Positions 8,602 through 17,354 of a DNA stretch of 24,000 nt are shown one piece after another. Under the pieces are notes generated by a model that was given only the letters and a program-made list of their open reading frames with translations, did not search any database and had not been told where the DNA came from. The DNA is taken from NCBI GenBank assembly GCA_049515735.1, contig JBEKTU010000018.1:1-24000 (forward strand), in the 5' to 3' direction. The stretch comes from Bryobacteraceae bacterium (GTDB lineage: Bacteria > Acidobacteriota > Terriglobia > Bryobacterales > Bryobacteraceae). Position numbers and translations under genes: made by a program. Position 1 is the stretch's first letter; each line of letters starts with the position of its first letter.

Positions 8602-9720
8602 ATGCAAGTGGTAATCGACGATTGTCGTCTTGTCCCTATCCGCGGTAAGGTCGAGGCGGGCGAGCGGCTCTCTTTCGACGACGGCGTGGCGCTCTATCGC
8701 ACCTCGGACATCCTGGCGCTGGGCTACCTGGCCAACCTGGTGCGCGAGCGGCTCCACGGCAACGTCGCCTTTTTCAACGTGAACCGCCACATCAACCCCA
8801 CCGACGTCTGCGTTGCCAGTTGCCGCCTGTGCGCCTTCGGCAAGCGCGTGCGCGATCCCAAGGCCTACACCATGTCGCTCGAAGAGGTGTGGCAACGCGC
8901 CGGCGAGGGCTGGAGCGAGGCGGTCACCGAGTTCCACATCGTGGGCGGCCTGCATCCCGAGCTTACGCTGGACTGGTACTGCGAGATGCTGCGCGGCCTG
9001 AAGCAGCGTTTCCCGAGGGTCCACCTGAAGGCCCTGACCATGGTGGAGATTGCCTACCTGGCGCGGCGCACTAAGATCCCGGTGCGCGAGACGCTGGAGC
9101 GCCTGCGTGACGCGGGCATGGATTCGCTGCCCGGCGGCGGCGCCGAGATCTTCAACGAGCGCGTCCGGCGCATCATCTGCGATCATAAAATCGACGGCCG
9201 GGAGTGGCTGGAAGCTGCCCGCGCCGCGCACCAGTTGGGTCTCCCCTCGAACTGCACCATGCTTTACGGCCACATCGAAAACGAGGAGGACCGCGTGGAC
9301 CACCTGATCCGCCTGCGAGAGCTGCAGGACGAAACCCACGGTTTCGTGACCTTCATCCCGCTGGCCTTCCATCCCGACAACACGGCGCTCCAACACATCC
9401 CTAAAACCACGGGTTTCGCCGACATCAAGAACATCGCGGTAGCGCGCCTGATGCTGGACAACATCCCGCACATCAAAGCATACTGGGTGATGATGACGCC
9501 GCGGATCGCGCAGATCGCACTGCGCTTCGGCGCCGACGATATCGACGGCACCATCGTGGAGGAACGGATTTACCACGACGCCGGAGCTACCACTACGCAG
9601 GGTCTGCGGCGCGCGGAGTTACTGCAACTGATCCGCAAGGCGGGCCGCGAGCCGGTGGAGCGGGATACTCTGTACCGGCCGGTCGAGCGGACGGAAGCCA
9701 CGTTCACGGTGCTGGTGTAG
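8602..9720 (+). CDS. mqnE: radical SAM enzyme of the futalosine pathway, most like aminofutalosine synthase MqnE (MqnC not excluded)
   Basis: CxxxCxxC cluster in NVNRHINPTDVCVASCRLCAF. N-terminal GERLSFDDGVALYRTSDILALGYLAN. TIM-barrel-type remainder (HIVGGLHPE..., LPGGGAEIF). The NPT (not NYT) form before the cluster and the adjacency to a UbiA-like gene favour MqnE, from memory of the families. Confidence 0.65.
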   Translation: MQVVIDDCRLVPIRGKVEAGERLSFDDGVALYRTSDILALGYLANLVRERLHGNVAFFNVNRHINPTDVCVASCRLCAFGKRVRDPKAYTMSLEEVWQRAGEGWSEAVTEFHIVGGLHPELTLDWYCEMLRGLKQRFPRVHLKALTMVEIAYLARRTKIPVRETLERLRDAGMDSLPGGGAEIFNERVRRIICDHKIDGREWLEAARAAHQLGLPSNCTMLYGHIENEEDRVDHLIRLRELQDETHGFVTFIPLAFHPDNTALQHIPKTTGFADIKNIAVARLMLDNIPHIKAYWVMMTPRIAQIALRFGADDIDGTIVEERIYHDAGATTTQGLRRAELLQLIRKAGREPVERDTLYRPVERTEATFTVLV

Positions 9721-9741
9721 CGTGGCGCCGGAAGGTGCGCG

Positions 9742-11868
9742 ATGAGACTGGACGATCTAAACCGCCGCGATTTCCTGGCGACGGGAACGGGCCTGTTCGT
9801 GTTTTCCCATGCCGGACCGTTGGACGCCCAGCAGCCCGCGACCAGCGCCGGGCGGAGGTCGTACCCCACGGATTTCAACGCCTACCTGCGCATCGGCGCA
9901 GACGGCCGGGTAACCTGTCTCGTCGGGAAGGTCGAGATGGGGCAAGGCGAGATGACCGCGCTGGCGCAATGCCTTGCCGACGAACTCGACGTGGCATACG
10001 ATTCGGTGGACATGTTGATGGGCGACACCGAGCTTTGCCCGTGGGACTCGGGGACAGGCGGATCGACGTGCATACAGATGTTCAGTTTCGTACTCCGGCG
10101 GGCGGCGGCTGAGGCGAGGGCGGTCTTGCTCCAAATGGCGGCCGAGCAACTCCAGGCGCCGGTGGAGCGCCTCAAGGTCGACGCTGGGGTGGTCACCGAC
10201 CCGGCTGAGGGCAAGCGGATCGCCTACGCACAGATCGTCCGAGGAAAGCGCATCGAGCGCCACTTGGGAAATGCACCGTTGAAATCCCCGGCGGAATTCC
10301 GCCTGATTGGCCGGGCACAACCGTGGAAGAGCGCGGCGGACATGGTCACCGGCAAGACAAAATACGCGGGCGACATCTCCGTTCCAGGAATGCTCTGCGC
10401 GCGGATTCTGAGGCCGCCGGCGCATGGCGCGACTCTGAAGAACGTGGATACAAGCGCCGCGGAGAAGGCGGGCGCCCGCGTGGTGCGGGCCGGCGATCTG
10501 ATCGCCGTTCTCGATGAGCGGCGCGACGTGGCGGACGCCGCGCTCCGGCTCGTCAAGGCGCAGTTCGACCAACCCCCGGCGGGCCCGGACGATCGAACGA
10601 TATTCGACCATCTCATCAAGACCGCGCCGCCGGCCACACTGGTGGGGGAGAGCGGCGACCCGGCGGAAGGCGAGAAACTGGCCGCCCACATAGTCGAGGA
10701 GACTTATCTCAACAGCTACGTGGCGCACGCGCCCATCGAAACGCATTCCGCGGTGGCCGCCTTCGAAGATGGCAAATTCACCATATGGGCGAGCACGCAG
10801 TGGCCGTTCCAGGTGAAGCAACAGGTCGCGGAAGCGCTGGGTGTTTCGCCGGAAAGCGTGCGCGTCATTGCGCCGGTGGTGGGGGGTGGATTCGGCGGGA
10901 AGAGCGCCACAACCCCCACGGGCGCGCGGCAGGTGCATGAAGCCGCGCGATTGGCAAGGGCCGCGGGCAAGCCGGTACAGGTGGTGTGGGACCGTGCGGA
11001 GGAGTTCTTTTACACCAACTTCCGGCCGGCTGCCGTGGTGAAGATCCGCGCGGGTCTCAGCGGCGCGGGCAAGATCGTCTCCTGGGTGTATGAGGTTTTG
11101 GGCGCCGGCAACCGCGATTCCATCTCGGTTTACGACATTCCCAATCAGCGCACCACCTCAGCCGGCGGTTGGCAGGACACAGCGAATCCTCCCGGCATGC
11201 ACCCGTTTGGTGTCGGGCCTTGGCGAGGACCGTCGGCCAACACGAATACGTTCGCACGCGAATCGCACCTGGATGTGCTGGCGGCCAAGGCGGGTGTAGA
11301 CCCGGTGCAGTTCCGGCTGAACCACCTGACCGACGCGCGCTTGCGGCGCGCACTGGAAACCGCGGTCGAGCAGTTCGGCTGGAAACCGGCCAGGGCGCCG
11401 AGCGGGCGCGGCGTAGGCATGGCCTGTGGAACCTACAAGAACGACAGCCGCACGGTTACCATGGCCGAGGTGGCCGTGGATAAGCGGACGGGGCACGTGC
11501 AGGTGAAGCGTGTGGTCTGCGTGATGGACCAGGGCCTCGTGGTCAATCCGGAAGGCTCCCGGCTTCAACTGGAAGGCGGGATCATCATGGGGTTGGGGTA
11601 CACGTTGACGGAGGAGATTCACTTCAAGGGCGGCGAGATTCTGGAGCGCGACTTCGACACCTACCACATTCCGCGCTTCTCGTGGGCGCCTAAGATCGAG
11701 ACGTTCCTGATCGACAATCCTTCAATGCCGCCGGTGGGATGCGGCGAACCGCCGGCCATCACTGTGGGCGCGCTGATCGCCAACGCGATCTTCGATGCTG
11801 TAGGCGTCAGGCTGCTCCATCTGCCGATGACGCCCGAGCGGGTGCGAGCGGCGATTCAACGGGCATAA
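9742..11868 (+). CDS. Tat-exported xanthine dehydrogenase/aldehyde oxidase family molybdopterin-binding subunit (IorB-like)
   Basis: Twin-arginine motif NRRDFLATG. GKVEMGQGEMTALAQCLADELDV, GGGFGGK and the C-terminal GCGEPPAITVGALIANAI are typical of Mo-hydroxylase large subunits. Confidence 0.8.
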   Translation: MRLDDLNRRDFLATGTGLFVFSHAGPLDAQQPATSAGRRSYPTDFNAYLRIGADGRVTCLVGKVEMGQGEMTALAQCLADELDVAYDSVDMLMGDTELCPWDSGTGGSTCIQMFSFVLRRAAAEARAVLLQMAAEQLQAPVERLKVDAGVVTDPAEGKRIAYAQIVRGKRIERHLGNAPLKSPAEFRLIGRAQPWKSAADMVTGKTKYAGDISVPGMLCARILRPPAHGATLKNVDTSAAEKAGARVVRAGDLIAVLDERRDVADAALRLVKAQFDQPPAGPDDRTIFDHLIKTAPPATLVGESGDPAEGEKLAAHIVEETYLNSYVAHAPIETHSAVAAFEDGKFTIWASTQWPFQVKQQVAEALGVSPESVRVIAPVVGGGFGGKSATTPTGARQVHEAARLARAAGKPVQVVWDRAEEFFYTNFRPAAVVKIRAGLSGAGKIVSWVYEVLGAGNRDSISVYDIPNQRTTSAGGWQDTANPPGMHPFGVGPWRGPSANTNTFARESHLDVLAAKAGVDPVQFRLNHLTDARLRRALETAVEQFGWKPARAPSGRGVGMACGTYKNDSRTVTMAEVAVDKRTGHVQVKRVVCVMDQGLVVNPEGSRLQLEGGIIMGLGYTLTEEIHFKGGEILERDFDTYHIPRFSWAPKIETFLIDNPSMPPVGCGEPPAITVGALIANAIFDAVGVRLLHLPMTPERVRAAIQRA

Positions 11869-11961
11869 GCGGAGGCCTTCAAATTGAGATCGAAAGGTGA
11901 TACTATCCTGTTCTAATCCAGGTGAAGACGAGGGCCTGGATTGACCGCTAGGAGAGATCGT

Positions 11962-13143
11962 ATGACAAAAGGGTTACCGCGCAGGAGTCTATTCCAACTG
12001 GCCGGCGCCGCGGCGTTGCTGCGGAGCCGCATCGCTCTGGCTCAACAAGCACCGCCTCCAGGTGGAGCGCCCGTCCCCGGCCGCTCGGGGGCTGGGCGGG
12101 GCAGGGGGATGGGGATGAATAACGGCGCGAATCCCGAACCGTTTCCCGAGCTGGAGCGGCGCGCCACCGTGGCGCTGACCCAAGGCGAAGACCGGCGCAA
12201 GAACGTGTACAACGCCTTGATGGCCGTCGACAAGGACCTCCAGCCGAAGTTGAGGACCAGGAAATATGTGGTCATCAAGCCGAACTTCGTCAACACCGTG
12301 AACCAACTGGCCGGGAGCCATGTCGATGCCGCGCGCGGCATTCTGGATTACCTCGCGGAGCGCTTCAAGGGGCCAGTGGTAATCGCCGAATCGTCGGCGG
12401 GCAACACCCAGCAAGGGTTTGACAACTTCAAGTTCACCGCCTTGCCCGCGGAATACAAGAGCCAGAAAGTGCAGCTTATCGACCTGAACGCGGAGGCTAA
12501 GTTCGAACGGATTACGGTGCTGGACAAGGACCTGCATATCGTTCCGATGCGGCTGGCGGCGCGGCTTCTGGATCCGGACGCTTTCGTCATCTCCTCCGCC
12601 ATGCTGAAAACGCACAACACCGCTATTGCGTCTCTGTCGATCAAGAACATGGTGCTGGGAGCGCCTCTGCACGAGGCGCCGGGCGAGATGCCGCGGTGGA
12701 ACGAGAAGCGCAAGTTCCATGTGGGCCTCCGCATGACCCACTACAACATGCTTCTGACCGCCCAGCGGCTGGCGCCCAGTTGGGGCGCTTCAGTGATCGA
12801 TGGTTATGAGGGGATGGAAGGAAACGGCCCCAGTTCAGGGACGCCGGTGGCCTCCCGGCTGGCTTTGGCGTCGGCGGATTTCGTGGCCACGGACCGCGTG
12901 GCCGCGGAGTGCATGGGAATAGATCCGGAGTGGATGGGCTATGTGAAGTACTGCGGGAATCTCCACCTGGGCCAGTTCGATCCGGCCAAGATCGACGTGA
13001 TCGGCGCGAAGGTGGCGGACGTCAAGAAAACGTACCGCATGCACGCAGATATTGAGCAAGAGTTAGACTGGCGAGGCCCCATGACGGAGCTACCCTTCAA
13101 CCTCGGGTGGGTGACGCCGGTCGGCGACGAGCGCCTGGCATAG
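11962..13143 (+). CDS. Tat-signal DUF362 domain protein
   Basis: ATG 11962 lies 5 nt after AGGAGAG and gives MTKGLPRRSLFQLAGAAALL (twin-arginine-like). This is followed by a Gly/Pro/Arg low-complexity stretch, then DUF362-type motifs: YVVIKPNFVN, ISSAMLKTHNTAIASLSIKNMV, VATDRVAAECMGIDP. Only 2 Cys, so no obvious Fe-S site. Confidence 0.7.
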   Translation: MTKGLPRRSLFQLAGAAALLRSRIALAQQAPPPGGAPVPGRSGAGRGRGMGMNNGANPEPFPELERRATVALTQGEDRRKNVYNALMAVDKDLQPKLRTRKYVVIKPNFVNTVNQLAGSHVDAARGILDYLAERFKGPVVIAESSAGNTQQGFDNFKFTALPAEYKSQKVQLIDLNAEAKFERITVLDKDLHIVPMRLAARLLDPDAFVISSAMLKTHNTAIASLSIKNMVLGAPLHEAPGEMPRWNEKRKFHVGLRMTHYNMLLTAQRLAPSWGASVIDGYEGMEGNGPSSGTPVASRLALASADFVATDRVAAECMGIDPEWMGYVKYCGNLHLGQFDPAKIDVIGAKVADVKKTYRMHADIEQELDWRGPMTELPFNLGWVTPVGDERLA

Positions 13144-13151
13144 CTGGTAGT

Positions 13152-13535
13152 TTACGGCAGCGGCTTTTCCCGTTGCAGCAGGTGCAGGATATTGCCGTCG
13201 CAGTCGGTGAAGAACACCAGCGCGTTTCCGCCCTTCTTCTCCGGCTCGGTCAGGAATGAAACGCTCTTGCCTTTCAACCGCTCGTAAACCGCGTCAAAAT
13301 CCGTCACCGCGATCGCCAGGTGCCGCAGCCCGGCGGCCTTCATGTCCGGCGCAGCCGGCGGTGCGCCGTAGGCCTCGATGATCTCAATCATCGACCCGTC
13401 CGAGGCCTTCAGAAACGTCGTCTTGCTGCTCGCCGACTGGTAGTTGATGACAAAGTCGAGGTGTTCCACGTACCAGCGAGCCAGCTTGTGCGGATCGGGC
13501 GACGCGATGGCGGTATGTTCAATGCCTTTGACCAT
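13152..13535 (-). CDS. VOC family protein (glyoxalase/bleomycin-resistance/dioxygenase fold)
   Basis: 127 aa with paired beta-alpha-beta-beta-beta modules: IEHTAIASPD..., LRHLAIAVTDFDAVYERLK, FFTDCDGNILHLL. Confidence 0.8.
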   Translation of the reverse strand: MVKGIEHTAIASPDPHKLARWYVEHLDFVINYQSASSKTTFLKASDGSMIEIIEAYGAPPAAPDMKAAGLRHLAIAVTDFDAVYERLKGKSVSFLTEPEKKGGNALVFFTDCDGNILHLLQREKPLP

Positions 13536-13676
13536 ACCCGGATTGTAGCAGTGCAGCCTGCGGGCTGCCGCCGCGGCGGGCCCTCATCCTCACGTGCAGC
13601 CACCCGGCCCACAGCGCCCGCGCCCTACCCGCTGAGGATCCGAGCGCCGAAGCCCGAACTCTTCGCGGTTCCGTTG

Positions 13677-15014
13677 TCACTCAAACTGTACGACAGTACT
13701 ATCGTAAAGTCTCCCGTCGGTGGACCAAAGGCTGACCGTGCACTGTTTGAGGCTGGTGAACGGCGAGCTGGAATACAGCACAAAATTCAACGTCGCGTTC
13801 TGGCCGGCATTGAGCGTCTGCGATTGCGCCGCCACGGGGATGATTCCGGTGGTGCACTGGGAGACGGAGGCAATAAAATCTGCCTTGTAATCACCGGCGT
13901 TCCAGATCACCACCGTCATGTTGTTCGTGTGTGCGACCGTCGGTTGCGCTTGGGCGGATTTGATCGCTCCAATGGAATCCGTTATATCTTCATTGAGCGC
14001 CACGGGAAAAGCTGCCGAATTGGTCTGCAATGTGAGCAAGGAGTCGGACATCAGCTTTATTATCACGGCATTGACTGGGCAGGAAGCAGGATTGGCCTGG
14101 CAGGTAGGATCCGACCACGTGCTATACAGCGGTACGCTGGGCGAGACCGTAACCTGGTACGGAGTTCCTGTCCCCTGGGCCAGGTTCACAATCACGCTGT
14201 AGTCGCTGGCGGTTCCGGAAGGCCCGGGCTGCTTCGATATCTGTGCGTGATAGACAGACCCCGGCCCGGACGTCGAAGTGTAAAAATCCAATGTCACAGT
14301 CTGTCCCGCGGTCAGATTGACCATGAAAAGCGTTTGCTCCTGGCAAGTCGGCACCACCGGGTTGCACCCTTGATATGAGGGGATCCAGCCCACCAGCCCG
14401 CTCATATAGCTCGTTGTTACCAGGGTAATATCCAGCCTTGCTGGTTGGCTGGTGGTGGTGCTCTCCTTGCTGTCCAGCGCCACCGAGGTGGTTGGGGCCG
14501 CCGCAGCCGCCGTCACCTGTATCCCGTAGTTTATCCCGCCGTTGGACCTTGCTCCCGAGACCCAGTTCTGCACCACGCTGGTGACATCCACCGTCACATA
14601 CATGCCGGAAGCGGCCACCGGCACGTTGGTCGCAAAGGCTGCAAACGCGGCCGGCTTGGTGTTGTAGGTGACCGTGCTTTCCGTCCACGGCGACTCGATT
14701 TGCGCGAAGTCCAGGCCGCCGGCCACCAGCGCTTTGTCGACGTACACCGTCAGCGTGGCCTTCCCGATGTTCGCCTGCGCGGCGCCCGCCAGGCAGGTCA
14801 AATCGAACTGGATGAGGCCCGCGTTGGCGGACGTCGCTCCCGGGCCCACCGAGATGGTGCCCAGGTTTCCGAAATTCAGCGCCGGGTTGGCCGGGCTGAC
14901 ATAGGTATCCGCCGCCACCGGGCATGTTACCGCCCAAGCGGCTGGCGCCAGCAACAAGGAAGCCGCCCATGCTACCAGGTGAAGCTTCCTCCACCGCTTC
15001 CGTATCGTGAACAT
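13677..15014 (-). CDS. secreted DNRLRE-domain protein with an unrecognised Cys-paired C-terminal region
   Basis: Signal peptide ...LLLAPAAWA-V. DNRLRE-type N-terminal domain: DTYVSPANPALNFGNLGTISVG, TLTVYV, ESPWTESTVTYNTKP, VDVTSVVQNWVSG...NYGIQV, LDSKES...PARLDITL. GGAGG lies 5 nt before the ATG. Confidence 0.75.
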   Translation of the reverse strand: MFTIRKRWRKLHLVAWAASLLLAPAAWAVTCPVAADTYVSPANPALNFGNLGTISVGPGATSANAGLIQFDLTCLAGAAQANIGKATLTVYVDKALVAGGLDFAQIESPWTESTVTYNTKPAAFAAFATNVPVAASGMYVTVDVTSVVQNWVSGARSNGGINYGIQVTAAAAAPTTSVALDSKESTTTSQPARLDITLVTTSYMSGLVGWIPSYQGCNPVVPTCQEQTLFMVNLTAGQTVTLDFYTSTSGPGSVYHAQISKQPGPSGTASDYSVIVNLAQGTGTPYQVTVSPSVPLYSTWSDPTCQANPASCPVNAVIIKLMSDSLLTLQTNSAAFPVALNEDITDSIGAIKSAQAQPTVAHTNNMTVVIWNAGDYKADFIASVSQCTTGIIPVAAQSQTLNAGQNATLNFVLYSSSPFTSLKQCTVSLWSTDGRLYDSTVVQFE

Positions 15015-15062
15015 ATAGACCTCCAGCTATTGCAATGACAATGTCAGTTAGGAAATCCGTGC

Positions 15063-15737
15063 TTATCGGCGCACTACCGGGCTCACCCCGGCATGCTTCC
15101 GGCGCGCTAACAGCGCGACGAGTCCGAGCAACGCCGCCAGCAAGAGCCCCGAGGCAGGTTCCGGAACGGGCGCGGGCGCCGCCGCATCGACTGGCCCGAT
15201 GGTGAAATCGAAATATGACGACCGTGGGTACCCCCCTGGATCGATAAAGGGACCTCCGGTGAAGTTCCCGGTTCCGTCCAGCGCGAAGCCGTCGGCCAAA
15301 GTGGGGCCATTGGGAGTGTTCTCCTGCTCCGTGACCACCACGAAGTAATTGCCCGCCGAGCCCAATGCCGCCTGTACATAAGCGTCCAGGCACAGGCCGC
15401 TCACGGGATCCAGCGCCCGTCCGCCGGTAGCGCAATTGTAGGGAGGGACGCCGCCTACGACGCCGCCGGCGTCGTAGGCCAGCAGGTCGCCGGCGCTATC
15501 GAACAGCGACAACACCGGGGCGAAGCCGCCGCCGGGCACGGTATTGCCCAGCGGGTCGACGCCTCCCGCGTAGGACCACGATTCCAAGTTCACCGTGGCG
15601 GGCGACGCGATGGTGAAGACGAAGTCGGCCTGGTTGTCATCCTGTATGAAATTGCCGGAGAAGCTGAAATACATGGGATCTGCCGGCGCCTGAGCGGCCG
15701 CAGCCAGAATCAGAGCGAGGATTCCAAACGATCGCAT
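15063..15737 (-). CDS. DVUA0089-family PEP-CTERM sorting-domain protein
   Basis: Start at ATG 15737 (MRSFGILALILAAAAQA signal). FSFSGNFIQDDNQADFVFTIASPATVNLESWSYAGG...GGGFAPVLSLFDSAG is the DVUA0089-type pattern. The C-terminus PVPEPASGLLLAALLGLVALLARRK is PEP-CTERM. The 25 codons upstream in the ORF track lack signal-peptide character. Confidence 0.8.
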   Translation of the reverse strand: MRSFGILALILAAAAQAPADPMYFSFSGNFIQDDNQADFVFTIASPATVNLESWSYAGGVDPLGNTVPGGGFAPVLSLFDSAGDLLAYDAGGVVGGVPPYNCATGGRALDPVSGLCLDAYVQAALGSAGNYFVVVTEQENTPNGPTLADGFALDGTGNFTGGPFIDPGGYPRSSYFDFTIGPVDAAAPAPVPEPASGLLLAALLGLVALLARRKHAGVSPVVRR

Positions 15738-15819
15738 AGGGTTGCCGTTTTCGAAATCGGAATCATTGTAGAAGATTGGAAATCCTCTGTCAATGCAAAT
15801 ATCGAACAACAAGACCTGA

Positions 15820-15859
15820 AAGTACTACGTTTTCAAGTACTACGCGTTCAAGTACTTTT
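15820..15859. promoter_or_regulatory. three AGTACT-centred direct repeats at exact 15-bp pitch, upstream of the MerR-type gene
   Basis: AAGTACTACG at 15820-15829 and 15835-15844, and AAGTACTTTT at 15850-15859. Copies 2 and 3 share TTCAAGTACT. The palindromic cores start at 15821, 15836 and 15851. The region is the divergent intergenic spacer between 15737(-) and 15878(+). Confidence 0.5.
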
Positions 15860-15877
15860 CGCTGCTAAAATGTTCGC

Positions 15878-16762
15878 GTGGCTCCAAAGGAGGAGTACTC
15901 GCGGGCGGACGTGCGCCGCCAGTTCGGGATCTCCGCGCGCCAGCTTCGAAGCTGGGAGCGCCGGGGATTGATCGCCGCCGCCAAGTCCTACTCCTTCTCC
16001 GACCTCATTGCTCTCCAGACCCTCATCAAGCTGAGCGAGAAGCACATCCGGCCGCGCCAGATCGGCCGCGCGCTGGAGTCGCTGCGCGAAAAACTCGACT
16101 GGGTCAAGCAGCCGCTGTCGGAGCTTCGCATCGTCTCCGACGGGAAAAAGATCGCGGTCCACCTCGCGGGCCAGAAAATGGAGGCCATCAGCGGGCAGAT
16201 CCTTTTCGATTTCGACGCCGCCGTGCTGGGCGGGGTCAAGAGCTTTCCTGACCGCAAGCGCGCGGTCGATCGGACACGCGAGGCGGAATCCTGGTTCCAG
16301 AAGGGACTCGATCTCGAAGAGACCGGCGCTCCCATCGAACAGGCCATCGAAGCCTACCAGAAGGTGCTCGAATTGAACCCTGGCGCCGCCGGCGCGCTGG
16401 TCAATCTAGGCACCATCCATTACCGCCAGCGCCAGTTCGCCCAGGCCGAAACGTATTACAGGGAAGCCATTGACGCCGACCCCGGCTACCCTCTGGCCCA
16501 ATTCAACCTCGGTAACCTCTACGACGAGCAGGGCCGCGTCGAAGAAGCCTTTGAACACTACCGCCGGACCCTGGAGATCAACCCCAACTACGCCGACGCC
16601 CACTTTAACCTGGCGCTGCTGTGCGAGCGCACCGGCGACCCGCTGAAGGCCGTGCACCACTGGAAGGCGTATCTGAAACTGGACCATTCGGGGCAGTGGG
16701 CCGAGATTGCGCGGCGGCAGTTGGAACGGCTGCGGCAGGCGACCGTGGTTCACTCCCGGTAA
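15878..16762 (+). CDS. MerR-type HTH regulator fused to TPR repeats
   Basis: N-terminus YSRADVRRQFGISARQLRSWERRGLIAAAKSYSFSDLIALQTLIKL is a MerR-family HTH. C-terminal TPR units: AIEAYQKVLELNPGAAGALVNLGTIHY, AETYYREAIDADPGYPLAQFNLGNLY, AFEHYRRTLEINPNYADAHFNLALL. GTG start with no clear SD. Confidence 0.75.
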   Translation: MAPKEEYSRADVRRQFGISARQLRSWERRGLIAAAKSYSFSDLIALQTLIKLSEKHIRPRQIGRALESLREKLDWVKQPLSELRIVSDGKKIAVHLAGQKMEAISGQILFDFDAAVLGGVKSFPDRKRAVDRTREAESWFQKGLDLEETGAPIEQAIEAYQKVLELNPGAAGALVNLGTIHYRQRQFAQAETYYREAIDADPGYPLAQFNLGNLYDEQGRVEEAFEHYRRTLEINPNYADAHFNLALLCERTGDPLKAVHHWKAYLKLDHSGQWAEIARRQLERLRQATVVHSR

Positions 16763-16803
16763 GCGCGCGGTTTCCGCTATCCTGAGATTCTGGAGCCACC
16801 AAT

Positions 16804-17346
16804 TTGAATCGCATTCTTCTGGCGTTTCGCTGCTTTTTCAACATCCTCTTTCACGGTGCGCTTTCCGCGGACGCGCTCGGCGCGCTGAAACTGGTGCGCC
16901 GCGAGCAGGCAGCACCGGGCGGGGTGCCCTCTGGGCCCGGCACCGCGCCGGGCGTCCCGTCGAGGACGCCGGCCGACGGCGCGCTGCAGATTTTGACCAT
17001 CCTCCAGCGGGATTCCCGCTTGGTGGATTTCCTGATGGAGGATATCGCCGCGTACTCCGACGACCAGGTGGGCGCGGCGGTTCGCGAGCTTCACGATCAA
17101 TGCCGCGACTCCCTGACGCGCTATGTCTCATTCCAGCCGGTGATCGACGGCGTCGAAGGCACGCCTGCCAAGGCGCCCTCGGGCGACCCGAAGGCGGTCA
17201 GGTTCGTCGGCAACGTTCCAGCCACGCCACCCTCCGGCGGCACCTTGCGCCACAAAGGATGGCGCGCGGCGAAGGTGGATCTTCCGGACCTGGCGGCCAA
17301 AGAGGATACCAGCATCATCGCGCCCGCGGAAATCGAGATCGAGTAG
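16804..17346 (+). CDS. DUF2760 domain protein
   Basis: TTG start 8 nt after GGAG. Hydrophobic N-terminus (NRILLAFRCFFNILFHGAL), Pro/Gly-rich linker, then ALQILTILQRDSRLVDFLMEDIAAYSDDQVGAAVRELHDQCRDSL, which matches my recollection of the DUF2760 core. The stop is 8 nt before the Hsp70-like start. Confidence 0.65.
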   Translation: MNRILLAFRCFFNILFHGALSADALGALKLVRREQAAPGGVPSGPGTAPGVPSRTPADGALQILTILQRDSRLVDFLMEDIAAYSDDQVGAAVRELHDQCRDSLTRYVSFQPVIDGVEGTPAKAPSGDPKAVRFVGNVPATPPSGGTLRHKGWRAAKVDLPDLAAKEDTSIIAPAEIEIE

Positions 17347-17354
17347 AGCGCCGC

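Noticed and set aside
13677-14000. Impression that the terminal Cys-paired beta-sandwich of the DNRLRE protein resembles domain III of HAP2/fusexin-type proteins
   Set aside because: This rests only on a vague remembered residue pattern. The protein has no C-terminal TM anchor, and the resemblance cannot be verified without a structure or HMM comparison. It is kept only as a reason to run Foldseek.
13320-15435. 352-aa plus-strand ORF (13320..14378) and 437-aa minus-strand ORF (14122..15435)
   Set aside because: They overlap the VOC, DNRLRE and PEP-CTERM genes in other frames or on the other strand. The translations are Arg/Gly-rich with no signal peptide or motif.
16707-17354. 216-codon N-terminal extension of the long ORF containing the Hsp70-like gene
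   Set aside because: It overlaps the whole DUF2760 gene in another frame and is Arg/Gly-rich. The canonical Hsp70 N-terminus MKIGIDLGTTNS starts at 17355.
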